The notes beneath the pieces were generated by a model. It saw nothing but the letters and a program-made list of their open reading frames with translations. It was not told where the DNA came from and ran no database searches. Shown in pieces: positions 1 to 12,639 of a DNA stretch of 64,000 bases. A program made the translations under genes and the position numbers. Numbering within the stretch: the stretch's first letter is position 1; every line of letters begins with the position of its first letter. The DNA is from Octopus sinensis (Eukaryota): contig NC_042997.1 in the NCBI RefSeq assembly GCF_006345805.1, positions 170,748,001 through 170,812,000 of the forward strand, given 5' to 3'.

Positions 1-391
1 GTCCACAGCTTCTTCTCCAACCCAACCTCCCAACCTGGCTCGTTCCCCTGCCGCACTTACCCTAACCCCTCCAACACCACTCTCCTCACCGGCACTCATC
101 ATCGACCCTATCACATTACCGACTCCTTCACCTGCACTTCTACCAATATCATCTATTGCATCTCCTGTTGTCTCTGCCATTCTCTGTACATCGGACAACC
201 GGGACGCCGCTTGGCTGACCGGTTCGCGGAACACCTCCGAGACATCCGCCTCGGCAATGACACCCCGGTCTCACGCCATTACCACTCTACCGGTCACTCT
301 TTGCAACACCTGTCCGTGTTCGGATTGTCCTTGCAAAGAGGCCATCCGAACTCCCGTTTGCGCCGTGAACAGGGATTAATCTTCTCTCTTC
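1..391 (+). mobile_element. Penelope-like element (Neptune/Poseidon-type) GIY-YIG endonuclease fragment, truncated
   Basis: Frame +1 is open from base 1: ...FTCTSTNIIYCISCCLCHSLYIGQPGRRLADRFAEHLRDIRLGNDTPVSRHY..., matching the PLE GIY-YIG pattern (IYCISC..C...YIGQT.R.L..RF.EH). It abuts mariner sequence at ~392. Confidence 0.8.
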
Positions 392-1137
392 CTAACGTCT
401 GAATTGAGTATGCAGTGTGTCTCTACCAAGTTTGTACCCCACTTGCTGGCCGCTGATCAGAAAGAACATCGCGTTGAAGTCTGTCAAGGTCTGTGTCAAA
501 GTGCCGCTGATGACCCGTCCTTCATGTTGAGCATCCTCACCGCTAATGAGAGTTGGCTCTATGGGTACGACCTTGGGACGAAGCAGCAGTGGTCACAATG
601 GAAGAGCCTTTCATCTCCACGACCAACGAAGACACAACAGAGTCTCAGTTCGATTAAGAGTATGCTCATCGGTTTTATTTCAACATTCGCATTGTACATC
701 CAGAATTCGTCCCCCTGGGCCCGACCGTCAATCGAGAGTTCTACTGCGACGTTTTGAAGCGTTTGGAGGGGGACATTCGGCAAAAATGGCCGGATCTGTG
801 GAGCGCGAATTGGATTCTTCACGGCGACAATGCACCTTGTCACTGAGCTCTTCTTACTAGTGAATTCCTCACCAAAACAAAATATTGCTTCCGCACCCAC
901 CCGATTCGTCAGATTTAGCAACTATAGACTTCCATCTCTTTCCCAAGATGAAAATGCAGCTCAAAGGTCACCGTTTCAACACCGTTGTCGAGATCTAGAG
1001 CGAATCGCGGAAGGTCCTCGACTCGCTTATGAGAAACTATTGCCAGGCCGGATTCTAAAAGTGGCAGGAACGCTGGGATGGATGTATTGCTGTGCAACGT
1101 GATTGTTTCAAAGGAGATGATGCTAAAACTTAGGTAT
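392..1137 (+). pseudogene. Mariner (DD34D-type) transposase relic with frameshifts
   Basis: Translated pieces LTSELSMQCVSTKFVPHLL, ILTANESWLYGYDLGTKQQ, EFVPLGPTVNREFYCDVLKRL and FPKMKMQLKGHRFNT match mariner motifs (WVPRLL, ITGDESW, FPKMK..LKG.RF). Confidence 0.9.
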
Positions 1138-1508
1138 GGCTGTGTGGTAAGTATCTTGCTTACCAACTACATTGTTCCGGGTTCAGTCCCACTGCGTGGC
1201 ACATTGGGCAAGTGTCTTCTACTATAGCCTCGGGCCGACCAAAGCCTTGTGAGTGGATTTGGCTGACGGAAACTGAAAGAAGCCCGTCGTAAATATGTAT
1301 ATTTGTGTGTGTGTGTGTGTGTTTGTCTCTCCAACATCGCTTGACAACCGATGCTGGTGTGTTTACGTCCCCGTAACAGAGGTTCGGCAAAAGTTTCCGA
1401 TAGAATAAGTACTAGGCTTACAAAGAATAAGTCCTGCGGCCAATTTGGTCGACTAAAGGCGGTGCTCCATGATGGCCACAGTCATATGACTGAAACAAGT
1501 AAAAAAGT
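1138..1508 (+). mobile_element. tRNA-derived SINE, family A
   Basis: Head GGCTGTGTGGTAAG...GGTTCAGTCCC (A/B-box-like), internal TA/TG tract, tail ...ATGACTGAAACAAGTAAAA. Homologous to 24863-25257 and 51184-51597. Confidence 0.85.
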
Positions 1509-1844
1509 TTAAAAATAATTTGTTTTTTCATTAAACAAAAGTAGTCCGAGAACTTTTTAATACATACATACACGTGCGTTTCCAAGAACAGACGAGAGAT
1601 GTAGAATTTATTAGTTCGAAGCTGATGAATAAATTCCACTATTCCTCCATGTCTCTTGCTTTTGCGTGTTTTCTTTTCTACAATTTTTGTTATATATATA
1701 TATATTTCACTCCACAGACATAAACGTCTAAATATTTTACAGTCGTAAATTTTTGTTCGTTACCTGAAGAACCTACATACGAAGACCAACGGAGGAAAAC
1801 CTCAAAAATAAAGAAAATAAAGAGAAAACTAATAATAATATAGA

Positions 1845-2325
<481 letters not shown>

Positions 2326-2412
2326 GTTTCTTTATTGGCCACACAGGGCTGCACACAGATGGGACAAGTTACAAGGTAGAGCTTTTCTTTTGGGGGATGA
2401 AAAGCTCTACCT

Positions 2413-2413
<1 letters not shown>
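2326..2413 (-). mobile_element. Very short 5'-truncated retroposon 3' tail embedded in (GATA)n, with terminal fold-back
   Basis: GTTTCTTTATTGGCCACACAGGGCTG... is homologous to 2500-2570, reads AATAAAGAAAC then (TATC)n on the minus strand, and ends in a 15-bp perfect inverted repeat. Confidence 0.6.
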
Positions 2414-2498
<85 letters not shown>

Positions 2499-2499
2499 T

Positions 2500-2840
2500 G
2501 TTTCTTTATTAGCCACACAGGGCTGAACACAGACGGGACAAATTACAAAGTAGAGCATTTCGTTTGGGAGAGAAAAAAGAAAGTGGGGTAGGTTTTAGAT
2601 CAAAAGGGATCGTAAAAAGGAAAGAAAAAAAGCGATCATTAGGAATTGTGTATCACAGAAATGTCGAAACAGATAAGATTTATCGGCGGAAAGAAAACCC
2701 TACGGAAAAGACCACGGTAACCTCGGTCAATAATGTCACATGTTAGCACATTTATTTTGCAAGTAAGTCTCTGTTTTAAATTTTTCCGGGTTCATAGGAT
2801 CATGCTTAAGGATGGCACGTCATTCATACGTGCCATCCTT
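2500..2840 (-). mobile_element. Longer 5'-truncated copy of the same retroposon tail in (GATA)n, with terminal fold-back
   Basis: Same left end as the 2326 copy; ends in a 13-bp perfect inverted repeat (2808-2840) followed by (GCTA)n/(GATA)n. Confidence 0.6.
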
Positions 2841-2876
2841 GCTAGCTAGCTAGCTAGCTAGCTAGATAGATAGATG

Positions 2877-2959
<83 letters not shown>

Positions 2960-3417
2960 GGAGAGCAGGAGAGAGAGACGGAAGGAAGGTGAGCTGGATG
3001 AAATGATAGATCGATAAACCCGTGTGGTTGCTTGCTTAAGTGTCTAGTGGATATATATCAATCGAAATGCGTGTGTGCATTATCAGCGTTGGAGAGGACA
3101 TGGAAAAGCGGCGTGAAAGAGTGCGTATGTTTGTATTCGTGTGATAAAGAAGATGATGGTCAACATTGGATTGGATGGGCGACCAATAAGCAAGTAGGGT
3201 CTATGTGGACAGAGGTATGTTGTGTGTTTGTGCGTGCATTTGTGTGTGTGTGGGGAAATGTATTTTAGCAAAGGAAAACTGCTAAACATACGTGTCTGAA
3301 ACTGTTTGCGTGTCGGTCTGTGAGCGAGAAAGTGAGAGAGAAAGTGACTAAAAGGGAAACAAACAGGTATGTACTTTGAGAGTGTGCGTGCGTGTATATG
3401 TGCGTGCGCGTGCGTGC

Positions 3418-3448
<31 letters not shown>

Positions 3449-4035
3449 CTTAGTTGTCTAGTGTTTGAGCGTAAATTTGTGTTTGCGCGCAAGCCGAGCA
3501 TGTGCGTGTGTGATAGTTAGGGCAAAAGAAAACGTAGATAGCTTCAGTGTTTCTTTGTGTGTATCTGTGTGTGTGTGAGAGAGAGTTTGTGAATTCAAGC
3601 GCGCAGGCGTGCTTAATAGTCTAAGGGGAAAATCATGCAAATAGCCTTTGCATGTGTATGCCACAATTAATAGAGTATTAGAAGATATTCTGTATGCGTG
3701 TGTGTGTGTCTATGTGAGAAAGAGAAAGAGAAAGAATGAATGCTGGTGAAAGAGATGTACATATGCGTGTGTATAGTGTGTCTGTGTGTGTGTGATAGTG
3801 TATGTGTGAGTGTGTGCCTGTGTGTGTGTGTGTGTATCTGCGCGCGCATGTGAAAAATGGAGAGAATGTATGTCTAATTTCGTTTAACAAGATAGAGTAT
3901 GTTAGTGTATTTGTATGCGTACTTGCATGATCGAAAAAAAAATCGAAAGAAAAATCGGAAGAGAAACCTATCTTGGTTGGATTCGAGTGTTGCCAGAGTG
4001 AGTATAATTAAAAATGTACGTGTGTGTACATTTGT

Positions 4036-5380
4036 ATGTGTGTGTCGTGAGTTTGTGTAGTCAAATCGTAGGAGAATTGTTTGAGCCGTAAAAAGGGTGA
4101 GATGTGTGTGGTATGCTTGGGTATCGAAAAAAATATATATATGTAACAAGTTTATTAATATCGTAACGTAGTAAGTTACATAGTTCGTCCCATATTGAAA
4201 TCGAAAGGAATTTCGATAAACAGACGGTCACCATTGAAACAGACGTCAGCTCATCGAAATTTCTTTTGATTTACAATATGGGACGAACTATGTAAACAAT
4301 GTTAATAAACTCGTCTTATCGTATATTGTCTAACCCTTGTCATCTCTACTAGGCTGAATATATAAATGCATACATGTGTGTGTCGTGAGTTTGTGTAGTG
4401 AAATCGTAGGAGAATTGTTTGAGCCGAAAAGGGTGAGATGTGTGTGTGGTATGCTTGGGTATCGAAAACAATATATATATATGTAACAAGTTTATTAATA
4501 TCGTAACGTAGTAAGTTACATAGTTCGTCCCATATTGAAATCGAAAAGAATTTCGATAAACAGACGGTCACCATTGAAACAGACGTCAGCTCATCGAAAT
4601 TTCTTTTGATTTTCAATATGGAACGAACTATGTAAACGATGTTAATAAACTCGTCTTATCGTATATTGTCTAACCCTTGTCATCTCTACTAGGCTGAATA
4701 TATAAATGCATACATGTGTGTGACGTGAGTTTGTGTAGTGAAATCGTAGGAGAATTGTTTGAGCCGAAAAGGGAGAGATGTGTGTGGGTATGCTTGGGTA
4801 TCGAAGAAAATATATATGTAACAAGTTTACTAATATCGTAACGTAGTAAGTTGCATAGTTCGTCCCATATTGAAATCAGAAGGAATTTCGATAAACAGTC
4901 GGTCACCATACAACCGTCAGCTCATCGAAATTTCTTTTGATTTTCAATATGGAACGAACTATGTAAACGATGTTAATAAACTCGTCTTATCGTATATTGT
5001 CTAACCCTTGTCATCTCTACTAGGCTGAATATATAAATGCATACATGTGTGTGTCGTGAGTTTGTGTAGTGAAATCGTAGGAGAATTGTTTGAGCCGTAA
5101 AAAGGGTAAGATGTGTGTGGTATGCTTGGGTATCGAAAAAAATATATATATGTAACAAGTTTATTAATATCGTAACATAGTAAGTTACACAGTTCGTCCC
5201 ATATTAAAATCAGAAAGAATTTCGATAAACAGACGGTCACCATACAACCGTCAGCTCATCGAAATTTCTTTTGATTTTCAATATGGAACGAACTATGTAA
5301 ACGATGTTAATAAACTCGTCTTATCGAATATCGTCTAACCTTTGTCATCTCTACTAGGCTGAATATATAAATGCATACAT
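4036..5380. repeat. Tandem array, 4 x ~335 bp, each unit containing a ~42-bp inverted repeat
   Basis: Units start at about 4036, 4374, 4714 and 5045. In unit 1 the arms 4176-4217 and 4253-4295 are near-perfect reverse complements. Confidence 0.92.
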
Positions 5381-5399
5381 ACATATAAATATTTGGTTT

Positions 5400-5640
5400 T
5401 TATTTTTAACTTGTTTCAGTCATTTGACTGTGGCCTTGCTGGAACACCGCCATAAAGGGTTTTAGTCGAAGAAATCGAGCCCAAGACTTATTCTTTGTAA
5501 ACGTAGTACTTATTCTATCGGTCTTTTTTGCCGAACTGCTAAGTTGCGGGATGTAAACACACCAACATCAGCTGTCATCGATGGTGGGGGACAAGCAAGG
5601 ACACAAAGACACACGCATAAATACACACACACACACACAC
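5400..5640 (-). mobile_element. SINE family A, 3' half
   Basis: Reverse complement of the family A tail (TTGTTTCAGTCATTTGACTGTGGCC...GTAAACACACCAACATC). Confidence 0.8.
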
Positions 5641-5724
5641 ACGCACACACACACACCTGCGCGCACGCGCATACCCACACATACACACACACATTTCCTT
5701 CTCTTGCACTCGCGACGATAACTT

Positions 5725-6452
5725 AAGTTGGAGTGTTCACATAAACAAGAAAATCGACATGGCCTGCAGGGCGTGCTCCTGGATCCTCAGGACTTTCCGG
5801 TCTAAAGATACTCCAACCATTATCCTCCTTTTTTTTACCTTTGCCCGCCCTGACCTTGAATACTGTTGTCCGCTATGGTCTCCCTACACGAGTCAGAATA
5901 TTAAAAAGCTTGAAGCACCCCAGAGATCAATTACAAAAAAAAATTGATGCTATGTCTGGTCTTAATTACTGGGATCGACTCGCGAATCTCAGACTGTATT
6001 CTCTCCAGTGCCGTCGAGGGCGCTTTATTATTTGTATGATGTGGAAATTGTTCCGACAGTATTGCCCAAATGATATCGGTATCACTTTTAAAATCCACCC
6101 AAGGCTTGAACCCCTTGCCATGCGTCCTCTACAGAAATCGTGCTCTCAGCACATCACAAGACTAAAACAGAACTACTTCTCCACTACTGGGCCTGCTCTC
6201 TTTAACATCATTCCAAAACATATAAAGGAGGAAAAAGATTTCATAACCATCAAAATGTTCCTGGATGAATATCTCCAACAAATTCCAAATAAACCACCTA
6301 CACCCTGATACACTGCTGCAAACAACAACTCTTTAATCGAATGGGCAATGGTGCCTGAAAATAATTATATGCAAAAATACTTTACTAAATGTCTTTTCCA
6401 GGTGGTGCTATTAAGTTAGCTATGGCCTGGACCAGTGTGGCCGAAACCTATC
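5725..6452 (+). mobile_element. CR1-group LINE, 3' fragment (RT C-terminal region and 3' UTR)
   Basis: WILRTF...FARPDLEYCCPLWSPY...KLEAPQRSITKKI..LNYWDRLANLRLYSLQCRRGR matches the CR1/L2 consensus RPHLEY...W.P...LE.VQR..TK...Y.ERL..L.L.SL..RR. Frameshifted. Confidence 0.85.
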
Positions 6453-7590
6453 TCAGTATCTAAGTGGTGCTTGTGTTCCAAAGGTACAATGAGAGGGCCC
6501 AGGAGAAGGATAGAAATATGGGATGGAAGGGAAGAAAGAGGGAAGGAAAGAAAAGAATGGAAAGTGAAAAGGTAAACTGGGGCTCTGAAGTGAGTGCTAA
6601 ACAGGAGATGAAACAAAATACATGTCTTACCTATGCACTGTTCAAATAGAAAAAAAAGATGTGTGATAAAAAATTGGATAGTCTTTTGGTACCAAAAAGC
6701 GAAGAAAGATAGACAGAGTGGAGCAGAGAAGTACGAAGAAAGAGGGAGTGCAGAGAAAAAAAGGGAATAAAGATAGACAGTAGGTGGTTGACAGAGATGG
6801 ACAAAGGAAGAAATGGAAGGTAGTAAAGAGAGAAAGGCAGCAGATAGGTAGGGAGGCAGATAGAAATAGATGTGGAAGGTTTTGTGTACACGAGGGGATA
6901 GGAGAAGGACAGAGAGATGGATAGAAAAGAGAGAAAATCTTGCACCAAATATTGAAGTGGGAACAGAAGTGGAGTGTGTGACGTTACATTGACTAACAAC
7001 CATAAAATGTTGCGCAGAAAATCGAAACGCACACACACAGACACACACACTCCTTTCCTCGACCTTCCGCATACTACCTTTCACCAATGCCCTTGGGGCC
7101 AGCAAAAAGAGTTTGACAAAGACACACACCAATGCATCCACGTACACATACGCACGCCCCTAAAAGGCGGACACTCCGCATATAACTATCCCCCCCAGAA
7201 CATACCCCCTCACGTACATTGTACCCCCACATATACACAGACCCTCCACACGCACATACATTACACAACGCACGTTAATATAAAAAAAAACACAGACCAA
7301 CGAACGCAGCGCTATATATACCTAAACCCCCAGAAAATGTTATACATATGGCACCGCTACACATACCATACACCCCATCCCCACAGGAACACCATATTAT
7401 TAATACACACTTTCCCCACTTCAAGATAACTCTTGCCGGATTCACAAGATACCTAACGAAGGGACATTACTCCTAGCCCATTTTTCATTTCACCACTTAT
7501 TGCGCAGCAGCCGCTGACCGGATGTGGTAGTCCACCTCCGGAAGTGGAGAGCAATCGCCATATTCCCTTCCATATCGGCTACAGCTATAT

Positions 7591-7985
7591 GTGGAGGCGC
7601 AATGACCCAGTGGTTAGGGCAGCGGACTCGCGGTCATAGGATCGCGGTTTCGATTCCCAGACCGGGCGTTGTGAGTGTTTATTGAGCCAAAACACCTAAA
7701 GCTCCACGAGTCTCCGGCAGGGGATGGTGGTGATCCCTGCTGTACTCTTTCACCACAACTTTCTCTCACTCTTACTTCCTGTTTCTGTTGTACCTGTATT
7801 TCAAAGGGCCGGCCTTGTCACTCTCTGTGTCACGCTGAATATCCCCGAGAACTACGTTAAGGGTACACGTGTCTGTGGAGTGCTCAGCCACTTACACGTT
7901 AATTTCACGAGCAGGCTGTTCCGTTGATTCGGATCAACCGGAACCCTCGTCGTCGTAACCGACGGAGTGCTTCCAATCCAAATCC
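7591..7985 (+). mobile_element. tRNA-derived SINE, family C (tail type 1), with TSD
   Basis: Head GTGGAGGCGCAATGACCCAGTGGTTAGGGC...GGTTTCGATTCCC; 10-bp TSD ACAGCTATAT at 7581-7590 and 7986-7995. Confidence 0.9.
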
Positions 7986-8186
7986 ACAGCTATATATATA
8001 TATATAATATATATATATATATTATATATATATATATATATATAGCTGTAGAAACCATGACAAATCAGACTGAAACCTGGTGCCACTCCCTAGCTTACAA
8101 GTTTTCAGTCAAACCGTCCAACCCAAGCTAGCATGGAAAATGGATGCTAAATGATGATCATTATGATGATCATAATATATATAATA

Positions 8187-9092
8187 CAGGGTGCGGTGAA
8201 TGAACTGTCGTGTAAATCACGCAAAAATGAAAATAACACTGACATCTCATTTTAACAGATATATTTAGCAAAATTACATAAAAATATCTTGAAATACTAA
8301 AGAGTAAATTTATTCACTGAAACCGCCATTCGTTTCAATCACGGTCTATAGAAGACTTCAGAATCTCCTGCAACTCTTCTGGACGGTCTTCTTGTTTAAG
8401 TTGGTGAATGCTGCCAAATTCCTTGCCTTCAATTCATCTTTGGTGTTACTAGTAGTTTTGTTGGTCTTTCACTCAACTGCGGCCTACATATAATAATCAA
8501 GGAGGTTGCTGTCTTGGGAGTTAGGTGGCCAGATGTTAGCGGTGATGTGGTCGCAAAAATTGTCTGAAAGCCACGACTGGGTTCTCCTGCTTGTGCGGCA
8601 TGGTGCAGAGCCCTGTTGCTAGACATAGGGTGTTCCAGCAGCCACCCTCTTACCCAGAATAGCACTACCTTCTCCAGACACTTGATGCAGACCTCCGTGT
8701 TAAGTGTAAGGCTGTGTGGGAAGATGAATGGAAACATAACGTCGCCATCACTAGTGATCACTCCAAACACCATGATGTTGACTGGATATTTGATTTTTAT
8801 CACTCTCGGTATATGTTTTTGAGACTCAGACTGTCACCCAACACTCTGAAATATTCGTATTGGCGCTTCCGGTGCAAATGCCAAGCAGTACAGCACATCA
8901 TTTCCAAAACTCTCAAATGGTTATTTGGTGCTGCTACGACTATCAGATTACATGATTTCAGTCTGATTTGACCTTATCAATGATAGACTTCAAACAGCTG
9001 AAAATAGCAGCAACTGCCGTGCTAGCAATACACATAGAAATACAGAGCCAAAAGAGGCGTTAACTGGTAATTATGTGAGTCTGTTTACCAAA
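8187..9092 (-). mobile_element. Tc1/mariner maT-type (DD37D) transposon relic with internal deletion
   Basis: TA+CAGGGTG terminus at 8185-8193. Minus strand reads QQGSAP...WPPNSQDSNLLDYY, with 37 residues between the (mutated) second Asp position and the third Asp. N-terminal AVLLGI.TGSANTNISEC is joined directly to the catalytic region. Confidence 0.85.
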
Positions 9093-12062
9093 GGGAAACA
9101 ATTGACCAGAAAGAGCGGGAAATTATCAAAGAGAAAATAAGACAGCAGAGAGAGACATTCTTATGAGATTAGCAGATATTATCGAATTTCTGGTAAAATA
9201 AATTTGGGTTTTAAGAGACATCATGAAGTATTGGAGAACAAAACTGAAACTGGACGTAATGATTTCAAAATTAGAAGGAATTTATTGGTGGCAGTGGAAT
9301 TCCGTTCAAAATATGATCGCTCTCTTGAAAGATCAACTCCTTTGAACTAAGATGAGTGACACAAGAATGTCCTGCTTTCTTATTTTTTCTTTCTTGTCAA
9401 TTGTTTCACTTCGGTAAATTCTGACTTCAGTTTCTATCTGTTGTGCAAACATCATGCAATGTACTTGACTTGGTTCATGCTCTTTGATTTTTGGGGATTG
9501 AAACTCCAAAAGCTGATCATTATCAGAAGTGAAACGGATTTACTCCATTGTGTAAATTACAAACAACAAAAGCAATACAATAAATTATTAGAAGGAAAAT
9601 AAATCCTCCATGTGCTAATCAAGTTTTCTTCTTTCCATAAAATCGCGTGACATCTTTCTCATTTCTCCTTTACATTTTTTAAATCGAAGTGATATCACTT
9701 CTTGTCCCCTTCACCTCAGAAACATCCCTATTCACATGCTGAACTATGGAGCTACTTTGGTGAAGTAAGATCATAAATGTATCATCATTTATAATTTCTG
9801 GCCTTAAACCTGCATCTTTCAAGTTCATCTGCTGAGGTTTTGTCTAAACCGTTTTTCTTATTATTATGAACAGACCCATCTTTATGTCTGTCATCTGAAA
9901 TAGATGAAGAAATTATTGGAATTGTCTCCCTTTTTACCTGAATCATTGTGAAGGGTTTGATGACATTAAAGGTCCTAATGGACCCTATTATCACTGTAAG
10001 CAACCCAAAAGTTTGTCGGAAGCTTTATTAACATCTTTCGCATTCACAATACCTGAATCATTGTGAAGGGTTTGATGACATTAAAGGTCCTAATGGACCC
10101 TATTATCACTGTAAGCAGCCCAAAAGTTTGTCAGAAGCTTTATTAACATCTTTCGCATTCACAATACCTGAATCATTGTGAAGGTTTGATGACATTAAAG
10201 GTCCTAATGGACCCTATTATCACTGTAAGCAGCCCAAAAGTTTGTCGGAAGCTTTATTAACATCTTTCGCATTCACAATACCTGAATCATTGTGAAGGGT
10301 TTGATGACATTAAAGGTCCTAATGGACCCTATTATCACTGTAAGCAGCCCAAAAGTTTGTCGGAAGCTTTATTAACATCTTTCGCATTCACATACCTGAA
10401 TCATTGTGAAGGGTTTGATGACATTAAAGGTCCTAATGGACCCTATATCACTGTAAGCAGCCCAAAAGTTTGTCGGAAGCTTTATTAACATCTTTCGCAT
10501 TCACAATACCTGAATCATTATGAAGGGTTTGATGACATTAAAGGTCCTAATGGACCCTATTATCACTGTAAGCAGCCCAAAAGTTGTCGGAAGCTTTATT
10601 AACATCTTTCGCATTCACAATACCTGAATCATTGTGAAGGGTTTGATGACATTAAAGGTCCTAATGGACCCTATTATCACTGTAAGCAGCCCAAAAGTTT
10701 GTCGGAAGCTTTATTAACATCTTTCGCATTCACAATACCTGAATCATTGTGAAGGGTTTGATGACATTAAAGGTCCTAATGGACCCTATTATCACTGTAA
10801 GCAGCCCAAAAGTTTGTCAGAAGCTTTATTAACATCTTTCGCATTCACAATACCTGAATCATTGTGAAGGGTTTGATGACATTAAAGGTCCTAATGGACC
10901 CTATTATCACTGTAAGCAGCCCAAAAGTTTGTCAGAAGCTTTATTAACATCTTTCGCATTCACAATACCTGAATCATTGTGAAGGGTTTGATGACATTAA
11001 AGGTCCTAATGGACCCTATTATCACTGTAAGCAGCCCAAAAGTTTGTCAGAAGCTTTATTAACATCTTTCGCATTCACAAATATAGGACATCATCTTTTT
11101 ATTGTGGAGTTCCATGTTTATTTTGATGTCCATTCCCGACATCTTACTTCAACAATGACCCTTCATTTGTTGCATTTCTGATCTTTCTGGTGTCTAAAGA
11201 TGGACGTTTATGCGTGTGAATCTCTTTTTCAAACGTAATTCTAGAGAATTACAGAAGAAAATTTATTTTATCATGTCTTACTCATTTTGCCCCGCCTAAA
11301 TTTGTCTTGTATATGCTCAAAGAGAACAGTGATAATTTTCTGAAATAGCGTTCTGGATATGTAATAGGTTTTACTGCATTTAAAAAAGGTCTTTACTTTG
11401 CTGATATAATTTTTGGAAGGTAGTGAACATTTGTGAAAAATATTACTCACTGTACCCCACCTGCTCCTACTGGAAACTGGAAAAGCAGATTTTCGGAAAT
11501 AGCTGTTTGAATTTTCCTGTTTTTATTAGGACTTCCCCTTACTTTATTTTTCACGCATTGCAAAACAATGAAGGGAATCCGTTTTAAAAGAAGAATCCAT
11601 GTTTTTAAATATTCGTGTCTCCACCCACCTACCCCTCACACAGACACACATACACACAAACATCATGCCTTTGGAACAGCAAGAACCACAAAAAGGATTT
11701 TTTTCCCTTTCGTAATTTTCTGTCATTTTCTCTTATTCCACATTCTGAAACATTCGTAATTCGCATCAAAAGAACAAAAAATCTTACTCCTTCTCCACTT
11801 CTTTGTACTTTTCACAATGAAAGAACACCCAAATACTGCAAATGGATGTGTGAAAAATGAAATTCGAATTTTGAAAAGTGTACCTATAAAATGACATTTT
11901 CAGTAATTTAAACTTTCTCTGCTAATTCATCAAATTCAGTTACATGAAATAGATGGGTCTTGTGATTTAAATTTGGTAATTTTCTAAGATTTCAATTCTT
12001 ATGTATAAGGGGCCCACTAAACTTGAAGTGCCCCAGGATCCCCATGGTTTAAACTCCGGTCT
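9093..12062 (-). mobile_element. Decayed hAT transposon (ZMYM1-like/TTF zinc-finger type), 5' part, rearranged
   Basis: Minus strand gives TWRIYFPSNNLLYCFCC and PKIKEHE.SQVH (TTF-ZnF-like). Plus strand 9095-9360 gives RDILMRLADIIEFLVK and RNLLVAVEFRSKYD. A degenerate hAT-like terminus (GACCGGAGTTTAA...GGGCCCC) lies at ~12010-12062. Confidence 0.65.
9935..11080. repeat. Tandem array, 10 x ~115 bp
   Basis: Unit TACCTGAATCATTGTGAAGGG...TTCGCATTCACAA starts at about 9935, 10050, 10165, 10279, 10393, 10508, 10621, 10736, 10851 and 10966; copies nearly identical. Confidence 0.97.
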
Positions 12063-12139
12063 CATCTGGAAACATGTGGTTGGGAAGCAAGCTTCTTAAC
12101 ACACAGTAACGTCTGCACCTATATATAATAATAATAATA

Positions 12140-12215
<76 letters not shown>

Positions 12216-12493
12216 AAGAATAAAAGCAAATGAAATAAGAGAATTAGACCAAAGCCATACAGACATATACCTTTTTTGGAATCAGGATGATCCTGGTATT
12301 GAAAATCTGCCTTTCGTTTGGTTCTTGAACATCCAGCATTGAAATCTGATTTCAAAGCATTTGGGTTGCTATTTCTAACAGGTAAAGCTTGGCTCTGATT
12401 CACGCCAGCTTGGTTGACGTTTGTCAGATGACGTCAGGGATGAAGGGGAAGATAGGGGGAGAATAAAAGTCCGCACGAAGTGCGGCTTTAAGG

Positions 12494-12578
<85 letters not shown>

Positions 12579-12639
12579 CTATATATATAAAATCATTATT
12601 ATTAAATAAACAAAATATATTTTTATGCGAAGAAAACAG

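Noticed and set aside
6416-7429. 243-aa and 151-aa ORFs
   Set aside because: They arise from strand-biased purine-rich and CA-rich low-complexity DNA that is depleted of stop codons.
7591-7665. tRNA-like sequences at SINE heads (also 21570-21643 and others)
   Set aside because: They continue into SINE bodies with TSDs and lack a proper acceptor stem, so they are not tRNA genes.
9935-11080. Regular repeats (115, 335 and 600 bp) as a CRISPR-like array
   Set aside because: The units are wholly repeated with no unique spacers, and the context is eukaryotic.
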